A stretch of 64,000 bases of DNA from Ramlibacter sp. (GTDB taxonomy: Bacteria; Pseudomonadota; Gammaproteobacteria; Burkholderiales; Burkholderiaceae_C). The number at the start of each line of letters is the position of its first letter. Positions within the stretch are counted from its first letter, which is position 1. Positions 17,469 to 27,150 of this stretch are shown here, in pieces. The position numbers were made by a program, and so were the translations under genes. The notes beneath the pieces were generated by a model, which did no database searches, was not told the DNA's origin, and worked only from the letters and a program-made list of their open reading frames with translations. The stretch spans positions 8,377-72,376 of the forward strand of contig NZ_DATMHS010000103.1 of assembly GCF_035554825.1 (NCBI RefSeq). The letters run 5' to 3'.

Positions 17469-18935
17469 TCAGTTCCCCAGCATGCGCGCCGCCTGCCGGT
17501 ACCACATGTCCAGGTAGGGCGGGATGTACAGGCCCAGCATCAGGCCGAGGCCGAGGTGGACGAACACCGGGATCAGCGCCGGCGGATGCGGCAGCCGCCG
17601 CACCGTCGTGTCGCCGAACACCATCGGCTGGACCCGGCTGAACACGCTGGCGAACGCCACCCCCAGCGCGATCAGCAGGAACGGCGTGGCCCAGGACTGC
17701 TCGCGCATGGCGGTGGTCACGATCAGGAATTCGCTGGCGAACACGCCGAACGGCGGCATGCCCAGGATCGCCAGCGAGCCGAGCATCAGGCCCCAGCCCA
17801 CCCTCGGGCTGATCTTGATCAGGCCGCGGATCTCGTCCATCACCTGGGTGCCGGCCTTCTGCGCGGCATGGCCGACCGCGAAGAAGATGGCCGACTTCAC
17901 GAGCGAATGCACGGTCATGTGCAAGAGGCCGGCGAAGCTGGCGATCGGCCCGCCCATGCCGAAGGCGAACGTCATCAGCCCCATGTGCTCGATCGACGAA
18001 TAGGCGAACATGCGCTTGACGTCCTTCTGCCGGATCAGCAGGAAGGCCGACACCACGACCGAGAGCAGGCCGAACCCCATCATCAGGTTGCCGGCAAGAT
18101 GGCTGTGCAGCGCGCCGTCGGTGAGCACCTTGCCGCGCAGCGCCGCGTAGAGCGCCACGTTCAGCAGCAGGCCCGACAGCACGGCCGACACCGGCGTCGG
18201 GCCTTCGGCGTGCGCGTCGGGCAGCCAGTTGTGCAGCGGCACCAGGCCCACCTTGGTGCCGTAGCCGATGAAAAGGAACGCAAACGCCAGCGTCATGATG
18301 TTGGGATCGAGCCGGTCCTTCACCGCGTCCAGGTGGGTCCACAGCAGCGCGCCGCCCTCGGCGCCGAGCACCTTCTCCGCCGCCATGTACAGCAGCACCG
18401 TGCCGAACAGGGCCTGCGCGATGCCGACGCCGCACAGGATGAAGTACTTCCAGGCCGCTTCCAGGCTGGCGGCCGTGCGGTAGACGCTGACCAGCAGCAC
18501 GGTGGTGAGGGTCGCCGCTTCCATCGCCACCCACAGGATGCCCATGTTGTTGGTGGTCAGCGCCAGCAGCATGGTGAAGCTGAACAGCTGGTACATGCTG
18601 TGGTACAGGCGCAGCCGGCCGGGCGTCATCTTGCCGTGGTCGCGCTCCACCCGCATGTAGGGGCGCGAGAAGATCGCCGTGGTCAGCCCGACGAACGCCG
18701 TCAGCGTGACCAGGAACACGTTCAGCGGATCGATGAAGAATTCCTCGCCCAGGGCAAACAGCGGACCGTCGGAGATGACGCGGGCCGTCAGGCCGCAGGC
18801 GGCCAGGAACGTGCCCAGGCTGAAGGCGACGTTGATCTCGGGCGCCTCGTCCCAGTGGCCGCACAGGGCCAGCACCACCCCGCCGGCCAGCGGGATGGCG
18901 AGCACCAGGAACAGCACGTCGATCGCCATCGTCAC
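17469..18935 (-). CDS. HyfF / NuoM-N-like antiporter-type membrane subunit
   Basis: 488 aa, polytopic. Motifs: GTKVGLVPLHNWLPDAHAEGPTPVSAVLSG and FAYSSIEHMG. GTG start overlaps the upstream stop (GTGA). Confidence 0.9.
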   Translation of the reverse strand: MTMAIDVLFLVLAIPLAGGVVLALCGHWDEAPEINVAFSLGTFLAACGLTARVISDGPLFALGEEFFIDPLNVFLVTLTAFVGLTTAIFSRPYMRVERDHGKMTPGRLRLYHSMYQLFSFTMLLALTTNNMGILWVAMEAATLTTVLLVSVYRTAASLEAAWKYFILCGVGIAQALFGTVLLYMAAEKVLGAEGGALLWTHLDAVKDRLDPNIMTLAFAFLFIGYGTKVGLVPLHNWLPDAHAEGPTPVSAVLSGLLLNVALYAALRGKVLTDGALHSHLAGNLMMGFGLLSVVVSAFLLIRQKDVKRMFAYSSIEHMGLMTFAFGMGGPIASFAGLLHMTVHSLVKSAIFFAVGHAAQKAGTQVMDEIRGLIKISPRVGWGLMLGSLAILGMPPFGVFASEFLIVTTAMREQSWATPFLLIALGVAFASVFSRVQPMVFGDTTVRRLPHPPALIPVFVHLGLGLMLGLYIPPYLDMWYRQAARMLGN

Positions 18936-19591
18936 TGGTCCTTCAGTTGTTCGAGGTGCCGGATGTCCAGGCTGTCGAACTGCTCGCGGATCTGGAACAT
19001 GAACACGCCCAGGATCAGCACGCCGATCAGCACGTCCAGGGCGATGCCCAGTTCCACCACCATCGGCATGCCGTAGGTGGCGGAGGTGGCGGCGAAGAAC
19101 AGGCCGTTCTCCATCGCCAGGAAGCCGATCACCTGCGGCACGGCCTTGGCGCGCGTGATCATCATCAGGAAGGACAGCAGCACGCAGGCCAGCGCGATGC
19201 CCAGCGTGCCGCGCGCCAGCGCGGTGGCCAGCTGCGCGATCGGCGTGGCGAGGTTGAAGGCGAAGATCACCACCAGGATGCCGATCAGCATGGTGGTCGG
19301 GATGTTGATCAGCGTCTCGACGTCCCAGCGGATCTTCAGGCGGTCGATGATCCGGTGCAGCAGCACCGGGATCAGCACCACCTTCAGCACGAAGGTGAGC
19401 GCCGCCGACAGGTACAGGTGCGGCTGCCCGGTCACGTAGCCCACCACCACCGTGGAGACCACCAGCGCCAGGCCCTGCAACGTGAACAGGTTGATCAGCG
19501 ACAGGATGCGGCGCTGCGAAATCATCGCGAACGCCAGCATCAGCAGCAGCGCGCCGATCAGGTTGATCGACTGGGCCAGCAGCTCCCTCAT
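18932..19591 (-). CDS. HyfE-like small membrane subunit
   Basis: Internal ATG 19589-19591 (MRELLAQSINLIGALLLML...). 219 aa, multiple TM helices, FLAMENGLFFAA motif. Overlaps both neighbours by 4 nt. Confidence 0.85.
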   Translation of the reverse strand: MRELLAQSINLIGALLLMLAFAMISQRRILSLINLFTLQGLALVVSTVVVGYVTGQPHLYLSAALTFVLKVVLIPVLLHRIIDRLKIRWDVETLINIPTTMLIGILVVIFAFNLATPIAQLATALARGTLGIALACVLLSFLMMITRAKAVPQVIGFLAMENGLFFAATSATYGMPMVVELGIALDVLIGVLILGVFMFQIREQFDSLDIRHLEQLKDQ

Positions 19592-20550
19592 GCCACCGCC
19601 TTTCCGGACGCCAGCAGCAGGTGCACCAGCATGCCGATCACCGCCAGCAGGAACGCCGCCGCCAGGAACTCCGGCACGCGGAAGATCCGCATCTTGGCCG
19701 CCAGCGTCTCCAGCACCGCCAGGCCGATGCCGCCGATGGCCAGTTTCAGCACCAGCACCGGCAACGCCAGCAGCAGCGCGAGCGGCGCCTGCGCGTCGGC
19801 GATGCCCCAGGGGAAGAACAGCGCCAGCCCGATGCAGGAGTAGGCGAACAGCTTCAGGCTCGCCGCCCACTCCAGCAGCGCCAGGTGCCGGCCCGAGTAT
19901 TCGAGGATCAGCGCCTCGTGGATCATCGTCAGCTCCAGGTGCGTCGCCGGGTTGTCCACCGGCACCCGGGCGTTCTCGGCCAGCGAAACCATCGTGAACG
20001 CCACCCCGGCGAACGCCAGCGCGGGGTGGATCGCCAGCTCCCGATGGGCCAGCGTTTCGACCACCGTGGCAAGCGAGGTGGAGCCAGAGATCAGGGAGGC
20101 GGAAAACAGCACCATCAGCAGCGCCGGTTCGGCCAGGAAGCCGATCAGCATTTCGCGGCGGGCGCCGAGCGTGCCGAACGAGGTGCCGATGTCCATCGCC
20201 GCCAGCGAGATGAACACCCGCGCCAGCGCGAACAGGCCGACCAGCGCGATCGCGTCGGCCGCCGGGGCCAGCGGCAGGTCGGTGGACATGGTCGGCACGA
20301 TGGAACTGGCCAGCGCCATGCAGCCGAACACGATGTAGGGGACGGCCCGAAACAGCGGCGACGCGTGCTCGGCCACCACCGAGTCCTTGTGGAACAGCTT
20401 GTGCAGCAGCTTGTACGGCTGCCACAGGCTGGGGGCCGACTTGTTCTGCAGCCACGCCCGCCACTGGTTCACCCAGCCGGTCAGCAGCGGGGCCAGCGCC
20501 AGCGCCACGAGGATCTCCAGCGCCTGGGCGGCGAAGCCGAGCGGGCTCAT
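19588..20550 (-). CDS. HyfC/HycD / NuoH-like membrane subunit
   Basis: Internal ATG 20548-20550 (MSPLGFAAQALEILVALALAPLLTGWVNQWRAWLQNK). 320 aa. Has VPVDNPATHLELTMIHEALILEYSG, typical of HycD/NuoH-like proteins. Confidence 0.88.
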   Translation of the reverse strand: MSPLGFAAQALEILVALALAPLLTGWVNQWRAWLQNKSAPSLWQPYKLLHKLFHKDSVVAEHASPLFRAVPYIVFGCMALASSIVPTMSTDLPLAPAADAIALVGLFALARVFISLAAMDIGTSFGTLGARREMLIGFLAEPALLMVLFSASLISGSTSLATVVETLAHRELAIHPALAFAGVAFTMVSLAENARVPVDNPATHLELTMIHEALILEYSGRHLALLEWAASLKLFAYSCIGLALFFPWGIADAQAPLALLLALPVLVLKLAIGGIGLAVLETLAAKMRIFRVPEFLAAAFLLAVIGMLVHLLLASGKAVA

Positions 20551-22580
20551 CGGCGCACCACCATGAGGACGGCGATCAAGGTCGCGAAGCTGTACAGCAG
20601 GTACACCGAAATGCGCCCCTGCTGCAGCAGCCCGACCAGGCGCGCGATGCGTGACGCCAGCGCCACCAGCGGCAGGTAGATCCAGCGCCAGAAATGGTCT
20701 TCGACCACCACCCGGTAGCGCGGCTCGGCATCGAACGGCGTCGGCAGCTCGCGGCGCATCACGAAGAAGGGCTCGAAGATCTGCCGGATCGGCTGGCCGA
20801 AGCCTTCGGCCGTGTCCTGCATGCGGGCGTTCTGCCAGGGGAAGCCGCAGTCCCAGGGCGCGGCGCGGCGCAGCCGGCCGTGATAGAAGACCCGCACCAG
20901 CAGGTAGGCCAGCCCGCAGCTGGCCGCGACCCCGAACAGGAAGATCACCGGGCCGTAGCTGGCGCGCTCGACGCTGATCGGCGCGAGCAGCCAGCCGCCG
21001 GCCGCCACCGTGCGGCCGAGGCCGGCGCCCAGGAGCTGCTGCGTCACCGGATCGATGAACTGGATGAACTGCACCGGCGCCAGGCCCAGCCCGACGCAGC
21101 CGAGCACCAGCCACAACATGCCCACGCGTTCCCAGGCGCCGGCGTCATGGGCCTGGGCCAGCTTTTCCTCGCGCGGCTGGCCCAGGAAGATCACGCCGAA
21201 GAACTTCACCATGGTGTAGCCGGCCAGCGCCGCCACCAGCGCGATCAGCGCGGCGACCACGGGAATGAGCATGTTCAGCAGCGAATCGGGCAGCCCCGGC
21301 GTGAACAGGAAGCTTTGCAGCAGCAGCCACTCCGAGACGAAGCCGCCCAGCGGCGGCAGGCCGGCGCTGGTCAGCACGCCGACCAGGGTGACCCAGGCCA
21401 CCCACGGCATGTAGCGGATCAGGCCGCCCAGCTTGCCCAGGCTGCGCTCGGCGGTGGCGTGCAGCACGCAGCCGGTGCTCAGGAACAGCAGGCTCTTGAA
21501 GACGGCGTGGCTGGCGACGTGGTAGAGGGCCGCCGTGAGCGCCAGCGCCGCCAGCGCCTTCATGCCGTAGCCGGCGAAGACGACCGTCAGTCCGATGCTG
21601 GCGAACAGCAGGCCGATGTTCTCGATCGACGAGTAGGCCAGCAGGCGCTTCATGTCGACCTGCACCGCCGCGAACACGACGCCGAACAGCGCCGTCGCCA
21701 GCCCCAATGCCAGCAGCAGGCCGCCCCACCACCACAGCTGCGTGTGCAGCAGGTCGAACGACACGCGCAGCAGCCCGTACACGGCGGTCTTGAGCATCAC
21801 CGCGCTCATCAGCGCGGACACCGGCGATGGCGCCGCCGGGTGCGCCTCCGGCAGCCACACGTGCAGCGGCAGCAGGCCGGCCTTGGCGCCGAACCCCAGC
21901 AGCGCCAGCAGGAAGGCGGTGGAGGCCCAGAACGGCGAGAGCTGCTGCGCCCGCATGTTGGCGAAGGTGTAGTCGCCGGTGTTGGCCTGCAGCACGCCGA
22001 AGCACAGCAGGATGGCGACGGCGCCGATGTGCGCCATGGTGAGGTACAGGTAGCCGGCACGGCGCACCTCGTCGATGCGGTGGTTGGCCGTGACCAGGAA
22101 GTAGGACGACAGCGCCATCGTCTCCCACATCACCATGAAGGCATAGGCGTCCGCGGCGAGCACGACCAGCGTCATGCTGGCCAGGAACACGTGGTATTCG
22201 AGGCACAGCAGCCCCGGTGGCGTGCCTTCGGCCTTGCGGAAATAGCCGGCGGCGAAGACCGACACCCCGGCCCCCACGGCGCCGATCACCATCAGGAAGA
22301 ATGCGGCCAGGCTGTCCAGGCGCAGGTGGAACGGCAGGTTCGGCAGCCCGACCGGCAGCACCACCGACTGCGCGCCGCCGAAGACCGAGGGCAAGGCGGC
22401 GCCGAACAGCAGCAGCCCGACGGCCCCGCCGGCGGGAAAGAGCACGCGCGAGACGAAGGTGAACCGCCGCAGCGCCACGATGCCGGCCACCCCGATCAGC
22501 AGCCATGCGGCAACGGCCAGCAGCATCCAGTCGAGCCGTTGCCAGCCGCCGGCATGCATCAGTACGGTGATGTCCGTCAT
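20547..22580 (-). CDS. HyfB/HycC / NuoL-like antiporter-type membrane subunit
   Basis: 677 aa. Motifs: GAKAGLLPLHVWLPEAHPAAPSPVSALMS and LAYSSIENIG. The C-terminal extension is as in HyfB. Confidence 0.9.
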   Translation of the reverse strand: MTDITVLMHAGGWQRLDWMLLAVAAWLLIGVAGIVALRRFTFVSRVLFPAGGAVGLLLFGAALPSVFGGAQSVVLPVGLPNLPFHLRLDSLAAFFLMVIGAVGAGVSVFAAGYFRKAEGTPPGLLCLEYHVFLASMTLVVLAADAYAFMVMWETMALSSYFLVTANHRIDEVRRAGYLYLTMAHIGAVAILLCFGVLQANTGDYTFANMRAQQLSPFWASTAFLLALLGFGAKAGLLPLHVWLPEAHPAAPSPVSALMSAVMLKTAVYGLLRVSFDLLHTQLWWWGGLLLALGLATALFGVVFAAVQVDMKRLLAYSSIENIGLLFASIGLTVVFAGYGMKALAALALTAALYHVASHAVFKSLLFLSTGCVLHATAERSLGKLGGLIRYMPWVAWVTLVGVLTSAGLPPLGGFVSEWLLLQSFLFTPGLPDSLLNMLIPVVAALIALVAALAGYTMVKFFGVIFLGQPREEKLAQAHDAGAWERVGMLWLVLGCVGLGLAPVQFIQFIDPVTQQLLGAGLGRTVAAGGWLLAPISVERASYGPVIFLFGVAASCGLAYLLVRVFYHGRLRRAAPWDCGFPWQNARMQDTAEGFGQPIRQIFEPFFVMRRELPTPFDAEPRYRVVVEDHFWRWIYLPLVALASRIARLVGLLQQGRISVYLLYSFATLIAVLMVVRR

Positions 22581-22648
22581 TCCTCTGCCCGCGCCGACCG
22601 GCGCAGTGGCCGCCGATCTCGTGTCGGGTCACCTGCTGAGGGGGCGCG

Positions 22649-22671
22649 GATGGGCATATGGTAAACCCATC
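22649..22671. promoter_or_regulatory. Inverted repeat GATGGG-N11-CCCATC with an AT-rich core, in the promoter region of the Ehr-type operon
   Basis: The site reads gatgggcatatggtaaacccatc. It is the only AT-rich patch in the 162-nt region upstream of the HyfB-like start (22580). Confidence 0.3.
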
Positions 22672-22742
22672 GGCGGCGCGGGGCAGCCAAAGGCCGGGCT
22701 GCTGGCGCATGTTTGCGCGCCGGGCGCCACCTGCCGGCGGCT

Positions 22743-23246
22743 TCAGCGGCCCCGGTGCTCCAGCGCCTCGGGATCGGGCGCGCTGCTGGTGCGCAGCACC
22801 CGGTAGTCCGGGTTGAACCAGACCGTGAACACCATCGAGGTGTTGGGCGGCTCCAGGTAGCGCCAGTCCCAGGCGATTTCGTTCTTCAGGGCGTACGGGG
22901 TCTTCTTCATCGGCTTGCCGAGCAGGCGGCGCACCTCCTCCATGGCCATGCCGGGCTGCACCTGGGCGAAGGTGCGCGGGTTCAGCACCTGCCGCAGCGA
23001 GGTCATCTTCCCGTCCGGGCCGATGCCGATCATGAAGTTCTGGTGGCCGGACGGCTGCCGGTTGTATTCGAAGATGCGCTCGCCGCCGGCGCCGTCCCAG
23101 ATGTTCTCGGGCGCGCCGAAGCGCTGGCGCACGTCCGCCTCGGTCGACACGCCCTCCTCCAGCTCGCGCACGCGCTGGGGATCGCACGCCGCCAGGACGG
23201 TCAACGCCAGCATCAGGGCGGCGCGGCCCAGCTTCTTGATCAGCAT
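22743..23246 (-). CDS. SmpA/OmlA (BamE-like) domain lipoprotein
   Basis: Internal ATG 23244-23246. Product begins MLIKKLGRAALMLALTVLAAC (lipobox), then EEGVSTEADVRQRFGAP...MEEVRRLLGKP, two BamE-like repeats. Confidence 0.7.
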   Translation of the reverse strand: MLIKKLGRAALMLALTVLAACDPQRVRELEEGVSTEADVRQRFGAPENIWDGAGGERIFEYNRQPSGHQNFMIGIGPDGKMTSLRQVLNPRTFAQVQPGMAMEEVRRLLGKPMKKTPYALKNEIAWDWRYLEPPNTSMVFTVWFNPDYRVLRTSSAPDPEALEHRGR

Positions 23247-23291
23247 CAACGGCACTCGGAGGTAAAATTCGGCTCGAAAGGCTTCCAGTCT

Positions 23292-23513
23292 ATGTCCATC
23301 CTGCTTCGCATCTTCCGCCGCCCCGACTACAACTCGGACACGACCGAATTCATCGAGCAGCTCAAGGCCAGGAAGCCGGACATCGAGGCCCAGCAGCGCG
23401 TCGGCCGTTCGCTGCTGTGGGACAAGCACATCGACCGCGACGCCACCGAGGAGTGGCAGGCGGCCCGCGTGCGCCAGAAATCCTACGTCTACTTCTCCCA
23501 ATCGGGCCGATGA
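23292..23513 (+). CDS. DUF3460-like small protein
   Basis: ATG 23292. 73-aa product MSILLRIFRRPDYNSDTTEFIEQLKARKPDIEAQQRVGRSLLWDK.... Its stop overlaps the scpA start (ATGA). Confidence 0.6.
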   Translation: MSILLRIFRRPDYNSDTTEFIEQLKARKPDIEAQQRVGRSLLWDKHIDRDATEEWQAARVRQKSYVYFSQSGR

Positions 23514-24364
23514 CGGCACCGGCGCCCGCGACGCTGCCTGAGCCGCCGGCGCCCGAGCTGGGCGGCATGCCCGACGTCGTCGACCAGGTCGCGCTGGCGC
23601 GGCTGTATGGCGAACCGCTGTTCGCCATGCCGACCGACCTCTACATTCCGCCGGACGCGCTGGAGGTCTTCCTCGAAGCCTTCGAGGGGCCGCTGGACCT
23701 GCTGCTGTACCTGATCCGCAAGCAGAACTTCAACATCCTCGACATCCCGATGGCCGGCGTCACCCGCCAGTACCTGGCCTACGTCGAGGAGATTCGCTCG
23801 CGCAATCTGGAGCTGGCCGCCGAATACCTGCTGATGGCGGCGATGCTGATCGAGATCAAGTCGCGCATGCTGCTGCCGCCGCGCAAGAGCGCGGAGGGCC
23901 AGGAGCCCGAGGACCCGCGCGCCGAGCTGGTGCGCCGGCTGCTGGAATACGAGCAGATGAAGCTCGCGGCGGCGCGCCTGAACGAGGCGCCGCAGCTGGG
24001 CCGCGACGTGTGGCGCGGGCAGGTCTACATCGAGCAGTCGCTGCAGCCGCGCTTTCCCGACGTCAACGTGGCCGACCTGCAGGAAGCCTGGCGCGACATC
24101 GTCAGGCGCGCCAAGCTGGTGCAGCACCACAAGATCACGCGCGAGGAGCTGTCCGTGCGCGAGCACATGAGCGTGGTGCTGCGGGCGCTGCAGGGCCGCA
24201 AGTTCGTCGAGTTCGAGCAGCTGTTCGATCCGACGCGCGGCATGCCGGTGCTGATCGTCACCTTCATCGCCGTGCTGGAGCTGGCGAAGGAAGCGCTGAT
24301 CGACCTGACGCAGGCCGAGGCGTTCGCGCCGATTTACGTGCGGCTGGCCTACCAGCCGGCCTGA
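23510..24364 (+). CDS. scpA: Segregation and condensation protein A
   Basis: ATG 23510. Motifs: FEGPLDLLLYLIRKQNFNILDIPMAGVTRQYL and ELAAEYLLMAAMLIEIKSRMLLP. Confidence 0.88.
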   Translation: MTAPAPATLPEPPAPELGGMPDVVDQVALARLYGEPLFAMPTDLYIPPDALEVFLEAFEGPLDLLLYLIRKQNFNILDIPMAGVTRQYLAYVEEIRSRNLELAAEYLLMAAMLIEIKSRMLLPPRKSAEGQEPEDPRAELVRRLLEYEQMKLAAARLNEAPQLGRDVWRGQVYIEQSLQPRFPDVNVADLQEAWRDIVRRAKLVQHHKITREELSVREHMSVVLRALQGRKFVEFEQLFDPTRGMPVLIVTFIAVLELAKEALIDLTQAEAFAPIYVRLAYQPA

Positions 24365-24401
24365 CAAGAAGTATGGCCCCCGGTGGGGCAGAGGTGATCC
24401 C

Positions 24402-26006
24402 GTGACTGCGACTTCCATGGACTTCGACGTACTGATCGTGGGCAGCGGCCTGGCCGGCCTGTCCGCGGCGTTGCACCTGGCGCCCACCCACCGCGTGGCG
24501 GTGCTCACCAAGCGCGGCATCACCGACGGCTCGAGCGAGCGCGCCCAGGGCGGCATCGCCGCCGTGATGGCCGAGGGCGACACCTTCCAGTCGCACGTCG
24601 ACGACACCATCGTCGCCGGCGCCGGCCTGAACGACGTGGCCGCCACCCGCTTCGTGGTGGAGCACGCGCCCGAGAGCATCGAATGGCTGCGCCAGCTCGG
24701 GGTGCCGTTCTCGCTGGAGGACGGCCACCTGCACCTGACCCGCGAAGGCGGCCACAGCGCGCGCCGCATCGTGCACGTGACCGACGCCACCGGCGCCGCG
24801 GTGCAGCAGACGCTGATCGAGCACGTGCGCCGCACGCCCAACATCACCGTCTTCGAGCAGCACACGCTGGTGGACCTGATCACCAGCCGCAAGCTCGGCA
24901 TGTCGACGGCGACGCCGCCGGCCTGCCTGGGCCTGTACGCGCTCGACGAGGCCACCGACCAGGTGATCACCCTGCGCGCGCCGCAGACCATCCTGGCCAC
25001 CGGCGGGGCCGGCAAGGTCTACCTGTACACGACCAACCCGGACACGTCGACCGGCGACGGCATCGCGGCCGCCTGGCGCGCCGGCTGCCGGGTGACGAAC
25101 ATGGAGTTCATCCAGTTCCACCCGACCTGCCTGTACCACCCCAACGTCAAGTCGTTCCTGATCAGCGAGGCGGTGCGCGGCGAAGGCGGCCGGCTGCTGC
25201 TGCCGGACGGCACCCGCTTCATGCCCAGGCACGATGCGCGCGGCGAGCTGGCGCCGCGCGACGTGGTGGCGCGGGCCATCGACTTCGAGATGAAGAAGGG
25301 GGGCCTGGACTGCGTCTACCTGGACATCTCGCACCAGCCCGAAGCGTTCATCCGCGAACACTTCCCGACCATCCACGCGCGCTGCCTGGAACTGGGCATC
25401 GACATCACCAAACAGCCGATCCCGGTGGTGCCGGCCGCGCACTACACCTGCGGCGGCATCCACACCGACCTGGCCGGCCGCACCGACCTGGCAGGCCTGC
25501 ACGCCATCGGGGAGGCGGCATACACCGGCCTGCACGGCGCCAACCGGCTGGCGAGCAACTCGCTGGTCGAATGCATGGTGTTCGCCCGGGCCGCCGCGCA
25601 CGACATCCGCGCGACGCCCTTGCCGACGCCGCCGGCGGTGCCGCCCTGGGACGTGAGCCGCGTCACCGATCCCGACGAATGCGTGGTGATCTCGCACAAC
25701 TGGGACGAGCTGCGCCGTTCGATGTGGGACTACGTCGGCATCGTGCGCACCAACAAGCGCCTGGAGCGCGCCGCCCACCGCATCCGGCTGCTGCAGGAGG
25801 AGATCCAGGAGTTCTACGCGAACTTCCACGTCACGCGCGACCTGCTGGAGCTGCGCAACCTGGTCACCGTGGCCGACCTGATCGTGAAGTCGGCCCAGGC
25901 CCGCCACGAGAGCCGCGGCCTGCACTTCAGCCGCGACTATCCGGACCTGCTGCCCAACGCCCTGCCGACCATCCTCACCCAGGAACAGGTGCTCTCGCGC
26001 GCCTGA
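24402..26006 (+). CDS. nadB: L-aspartate oxidase
   Basis: 534 aa, GTG start. Motifs: DVLIVGSGLAGLSAAL, AQGGIAAV, HYTCGGI, RLASNSLVECMVF. Confidence 0.93.
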   Translation: MTATSMDFDVLIVGSGLAGLSAALHLAPTHRVAVLTKRGITDGSSERAQGGIAAVMAEGDTFQSHVDDTIVAGAGLNDVAATRFVVEHAPESIEWLRQLGVPFSLEDGHLHLTREGGHSARRIVHVTDATGAAVQQTLIEHVRRTPNITVFEQHTLVDLITSRKLGMSTATPPACLGLYALDEATDQVITLRAPQTILATGGAGKVYLYTTNPDTSTGDGIAAAWRAGCRVTNMEFIQFHPTCLYHPNVKSFLISEAVRGEGGRLLLPDGTRFMPRHDARGELAPRDVVARAIDFEMKKGGLDCVYLDISHQPEAFIREHFPTIHARCLELGIDITKQPIPVVPAAHYTCGGIHTDLAGRTDLAGLHAIGEAAYTGLHGANRLASNSLVECMVFARAAAHDIRATPLPTPPAVPPWDVSRVTDPDECVVISHNWDELRRSMWDYVGIVRTNKRLERAAHRIRLLQEEIQEFYANFHVTRDLLELRNLVTVADLIVKSAQARHESRGLHFSRDYPDLLPNALPTILTQEQVLSRA

Positions 26007-26025
26007 GGCGAGGCGCGGCCCGCCG

Positions 26026-27150
26026 TCAGGCGGCGCCGATGTTCGGCACCAGGGCGCCCGCCGGCTGCCCGGCCTTCAACGCCGCGGTGAACGCGAGCAT
26101 GCGGTCGATCGGCACGCGCGCCCGCGCGCCGACCTGCGGATCGACGTGGATCTCGTTGGCGCCGGTCTCCAGGACGTTCGCCAGTCCCGCCAGGCCGTTC
26201 ATCGCCATCCAGGGGCAGTGCGCGCAGCTCTTGCAGGTGGCGCTGTTGCCGGCCGTCGGCGCCTCGATGAACACCTTGCCGGGGTTGAGCGTGCGCAGCT
26301 TGTGCATCATGCCGTTGTCGGTGGCGACGATGAATTCGCCGGCGTCCATCTCGCGCGCCGCCTTCAGGATCGCCGAGGTGGAACCCACCGCATCGGCGAG
26401 CGCGACCACGTCCGCCGGCGACTCGGGATGCACCAGCACCTTCGCCTTGGGGTACTGCTTCTTCAGCGACTCCAGCTCGAAGGCCTTGAACTCGTCGTGC
26501 ACGATGCAGGCGCCGTTCCAGAACACCATGTCGGCCCCGGTCTCGCGCTGGATGTAGTGGCCCAGGTGGCGGTCGGGCGCCCACAGGATCTTCTGCCCGG
26601 CGTCCTTGAGCGCGCGCACGATGTCCACGGCGCAGCTGGAAGTGACGAGCCAGTCCGAGCGCGCCTTCACGGCGGCGCTGGTGTTGGCATAGACGACCAC
26701 CGTGCGGTCCGGGTGCTGGTCGCAGAACGCCGAGAACTCGCCGATCGGGCAGCCGAGGTCGAGCGAGCAGGTCGCGTCCAGGTCCGGCATCAGCACGCGC
26801 TTTTCCGGGGACAGGATCTTGGCGGTCTCGCCCATGAAGCGCACGCCCGAGACCACCAGCGTGGTGGCGGGATGGTCGCGCCCGAAGCGCGCCATCTCCA
26901 GCGAGTCGCTGACGATGCCGCCGGTTTCCTCGGCCAGGTCCTGCAGGTCGGGGTGGACGTAGTAGTGCGACACCATCACGGCGTCGCGCTCCTTCAGCAG
27001 GCGGCGCACCCGCTCCTTCAGTTCGGCCCGTTCGGCCGGCGAAGGCTCGGCGGGCACCCGGGCCCAGGCATGCTTGGTGTCGCAGGCATTGCCCGGCAGG
27101 GGCTGCTCGTATTCGACGTCGACGATGGGGATGACGGCACTCATGCTCAT
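26026..27150 (-). CDS. nadA: Quinolinate synthase
   Basis: Internal ATG 27148-27150 ([14 protein letters not shown]...). Motifs: [46 protein letters not shown]. Confidence 0.92.
   Translation of the reverse strand: MSMSAVIPIVDVEYEQPLPGNACDTKHAWARVPAEPSPAERAELKERVRRLLKERDAVMVSHYYVHPDLQDLAEETGGIVSDSLEMARFGRDHPATTLVVSGVRFMGETAKILSPEKRVLMPDLDATCSLDLGCPIGEFSAFCDQHPDRTVVVYANTSAAVKARSDWLVTSSCAVDIVRALKDAGQKILWAPDRHLGHYIQRETGADMVFWNGACIVHDEFKAFELESLKKQYPKAKVLVHPESPADVVALADAVGSTSAILKAAREMDAGEFIVATDNGMMHKLRTLNPGKVFIEAPTAGNSATCKSCAHCPWMAMNGLAGLANVLETGANEIHVDPQVGARARVPIDRMLAFTAALKAGQPAGALVPNIGAA

Noticed and set aside
22715-22729. Sigma-54-like GG-N10-GC match (TGGCGCCCGGCGCGC on the minus strand) upstream of the Ehr-type operon.
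   Set aside because: The -12 element is GCGC rather than TTGC. Such GG/GC spacings occur by chance in GC-rich DNA. It also lies about 135 nt from the start codon.
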